In this document: positions 62,706 through 64,000 of the stretch, in pieces | Layout of the letters: every line of letters begins with the position of its first letter | Position numbering within the stretch: position 1 is the stretch's first letter | Origin: Erysipelotrichia bacterium | GTDB lineage: Bacteria > Bacillota_I > Bacilli_A > Erysipelotrichales > Erysipelotrichaceae | Assembly (NCBI GenBank): GCA_030525245.1 | Contig: JAUNFB010000003.1 | Location: 8,424 to 72,423, forward strand | Length of the DNA stretch: 64,000 bases | Direction of reading: 5' to 3' | Program-made: the position numbers and the translations under genes | Notes under the pieces: model-generated | Told to the model about the DNA's origin: nothing | The model's database searches: none | What the model saw: only the letters and a program-made list of their open reading frames with translations

Positions 62706-63734
62706 ATGGACAAATTATTTAAAAAGATTTTTGTTTTTTGTTTGAGTATAATGATATTTTTATCATATGCTAACATAAAAGCTGCTACTGATGTAAATAC
62801 TCAAGACCTACTTGTTGAAAATAATGAAGTAAGTTATGCCGAAGAATTTGAAATGTCATTTAGCGTAAGTGATCTAACTTATTATCCATTTATATATCAT
62901 GAAAATAATACGTGGTTTAATGAAAATGTTATTGGTCAAGCAGATTGTTCGGAAGGATACTTATATATAAAAAACTTAGATACAGGGATAATAAGAAAAT
63001 TAGTGTCAAAAACAATAAATATATTTGTTGAAGGTGACAATTTATTGTTTTTCATTTACAGAAATGCTATTTATAGTGTAAATTATGATGGAACAGAAAT
63101 TCAAAAGTTATATCAATCTAATGGTATAGTTGATGAAAAAATTTTAGAACTAAGTAATAATAATTTGTATTTCACAGAAAATAATAATATTTGTGTTATT
63201 GATTTGAATTCAATGCATAAAAATATTTTGGTTAACGGCTATTCACCTGATATGATATATATCAAATCGGAAACAAGTATTGTTTTTACTGTAAGTGATG
63301 AATATTATGTTATAGATTCTATTAGCAATATTGTAAGAAAGTTGAAAAATGAATCGGAATTAAGAAATTTACTGAATTCATCAGTTTCAATAGTAGATAC
63401 ATATAGTACTGCTGTACAAATCGATACTAATTTTGATGCTTTACTTAGTGAGTATCCGTTTGGAAGATATTTTACTAAATATGGTGAAAAGTGTACTCAT
63501 CATGGTACGGGATGCAGCTATTATGGTGGATGTAATTGCAAGCCATATCAGGGTTCAATTCAGTGTATGGCATATGCTAGATATGGTTGTGATAAATATG
63601 CTCATTTAAGTGGCTGGACTCCTAAAAGTAGCGATATTTGGGAAGAATATGAAAGGATGAGTAATGGAAATGATGTTAAAGTATTTTTCAGTGCAATATT
63701 ATGCTGGTGCATATGTAAGAATTTCAAAAGTTAA
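62706..63734 (+). CDS. Secreted protein (beta-propeller-like repeats plus the Cys half of a CHAP-like domain), apparently frameshifted at its 3' end
   Basis: The ATG at 62706 follows AAAGGAG, with the signal peptide MDKLFKKIFVFCLSIMIFLSYANIKA. YF/LYF-type repeats are followed by GSIQCMAYARYG. The frame ends in an implausible ILCWCICKNFKS tail. Confidence 0.6.
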   Translation: MDKLFKKIFVFCLSIMIFLSYANIKAATDVNTQDLLVENNEVSYAEEFEMSFSVSDLTYYPFIYHENNTWFNENVIGQADCSEGYLYIKNLDTGIIRKLVSKTINIFVEGDNLLFFIYRNAIYSVNYDGTEIQKLYQSNGIVDEKILELSNNNLYFTENNNICVIDLNSMHKNILVNGYSPDMIYIKSETSIVFTVSDEYYVIDSISNIVRKLKNESELRNLLNSSVSIVDTYSTAVQIDTNFDALLSEYPFGRYFTKYGEKCTHHGTGCSYYGGCNCKPYQGSIQCMAYARYGCDKYAHLSGWTPKSSDIWEEYERMSNGNDVKVFFSAILCWCICKNFKS

Positions 63735-64000
63735 TTATGGAAATGGATATCATTCTGTTTTGTATGTTGGAATGACAGATACAAATATAATTACATATGA
63801 ATGTAATTGGAGTGGTCAATATTGCGAGGTGTCTTATCAAAGTAGAACATTTGATCAATTTGCCAAAATAGCACCGTATGTAATTTATGTCGTTAAGCAT
63901 AATTATACAGGAAGTTGTCTTAGTAACAATCAAAAATATCATAAACAATATTGTTCTACATCGGAGTGCAATGGTTGGAGATATGAAGAGCACTATTCTT
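63691..64000 (+). pseudogene. Continuation of the preceding gene in the +1 frame (His half of the CHAP-like domain), running off the window
   Basis: VQYYAGAYVRISKVNYGNGYHSVLYVGMTDTNIITYECNW... is open to the window end. The frames join if the T5 run at 63684-63688 is read as T4. Confidence 0.5.

Overview
This is a low-GC, gene-dense chromosomal segment of Bacillota (Firmicutes) type. It is probably from an anaerobe, because Rnf, NfnAB and comF genes are present. All calls rest on reading the ORF translations and the DNA by eye. No database search was run, so every family name is motif or pattern recognition.

Backbone genes:
- map, tldD/pmbA, and the origin-proximal block rsmG-noc-soj-parB.
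- A TPP riboswitch in front of thiT, and a two-component system.
- deoD, two tRNAs (Thr-CGU and Arg-CCU), a Sir2 deacylase, and comFA/comFC with an LCP gene.
- secA followed by prfB, which carries its classical +1 frameshift site, then two bactofilins.

Four regions stand out:
1. 16987..19461 is one 824-codon ORF. It fuses a Tet(M)/EF-G-type ribosomal GTPase to a YacP/Rae1-type NYN ribonuclease domain. It is the last gene of a translationally coupled string that also holds an AAC(3)-like acetyltransferase.
2. 45391..54309 is a ten-gene Rnf-derived operon.
   - It has no rnfB.
   - It starts with a tandem-domain lipoprotein and an ApbE flavin transferase.
   - RnfG is double length.
   - RnfA and RnfE appear to have lost the cysteines that hold the intramembrane Fe-S centre.
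   - RnfE has a CxCxCxC tail.
   - A NusG-II protein, a Gx transporter and an orphan half-size V-ATPase-subunit-I-like protein are appended. NfnAB lies immediately downstream.
3. 9531..9846 holds a tandemly duplicated ~130-bp cassette in a convergent intergenic gap. Each copy is bracketed by terminator hairpins, which makes it a candidate small-RNA or mini-ORF locus.
4. 10845..13835 holds a promoter, a 31-codon leader ORF and an intrinsic terminator directly in front of an ankyrin-repeat gene and an EF-G paralogue. The layout resembles a Tet(M)-style attenuator.

Smaller anomalies:
- An in-frame TAA cuts a conserved C-terminus off a DUF885 gene.
- A T5-run frameshift splits a CHAP-like domain in an AT-rich terminal region.
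- A TrxB-like reductase lacks the NADPH motifs.
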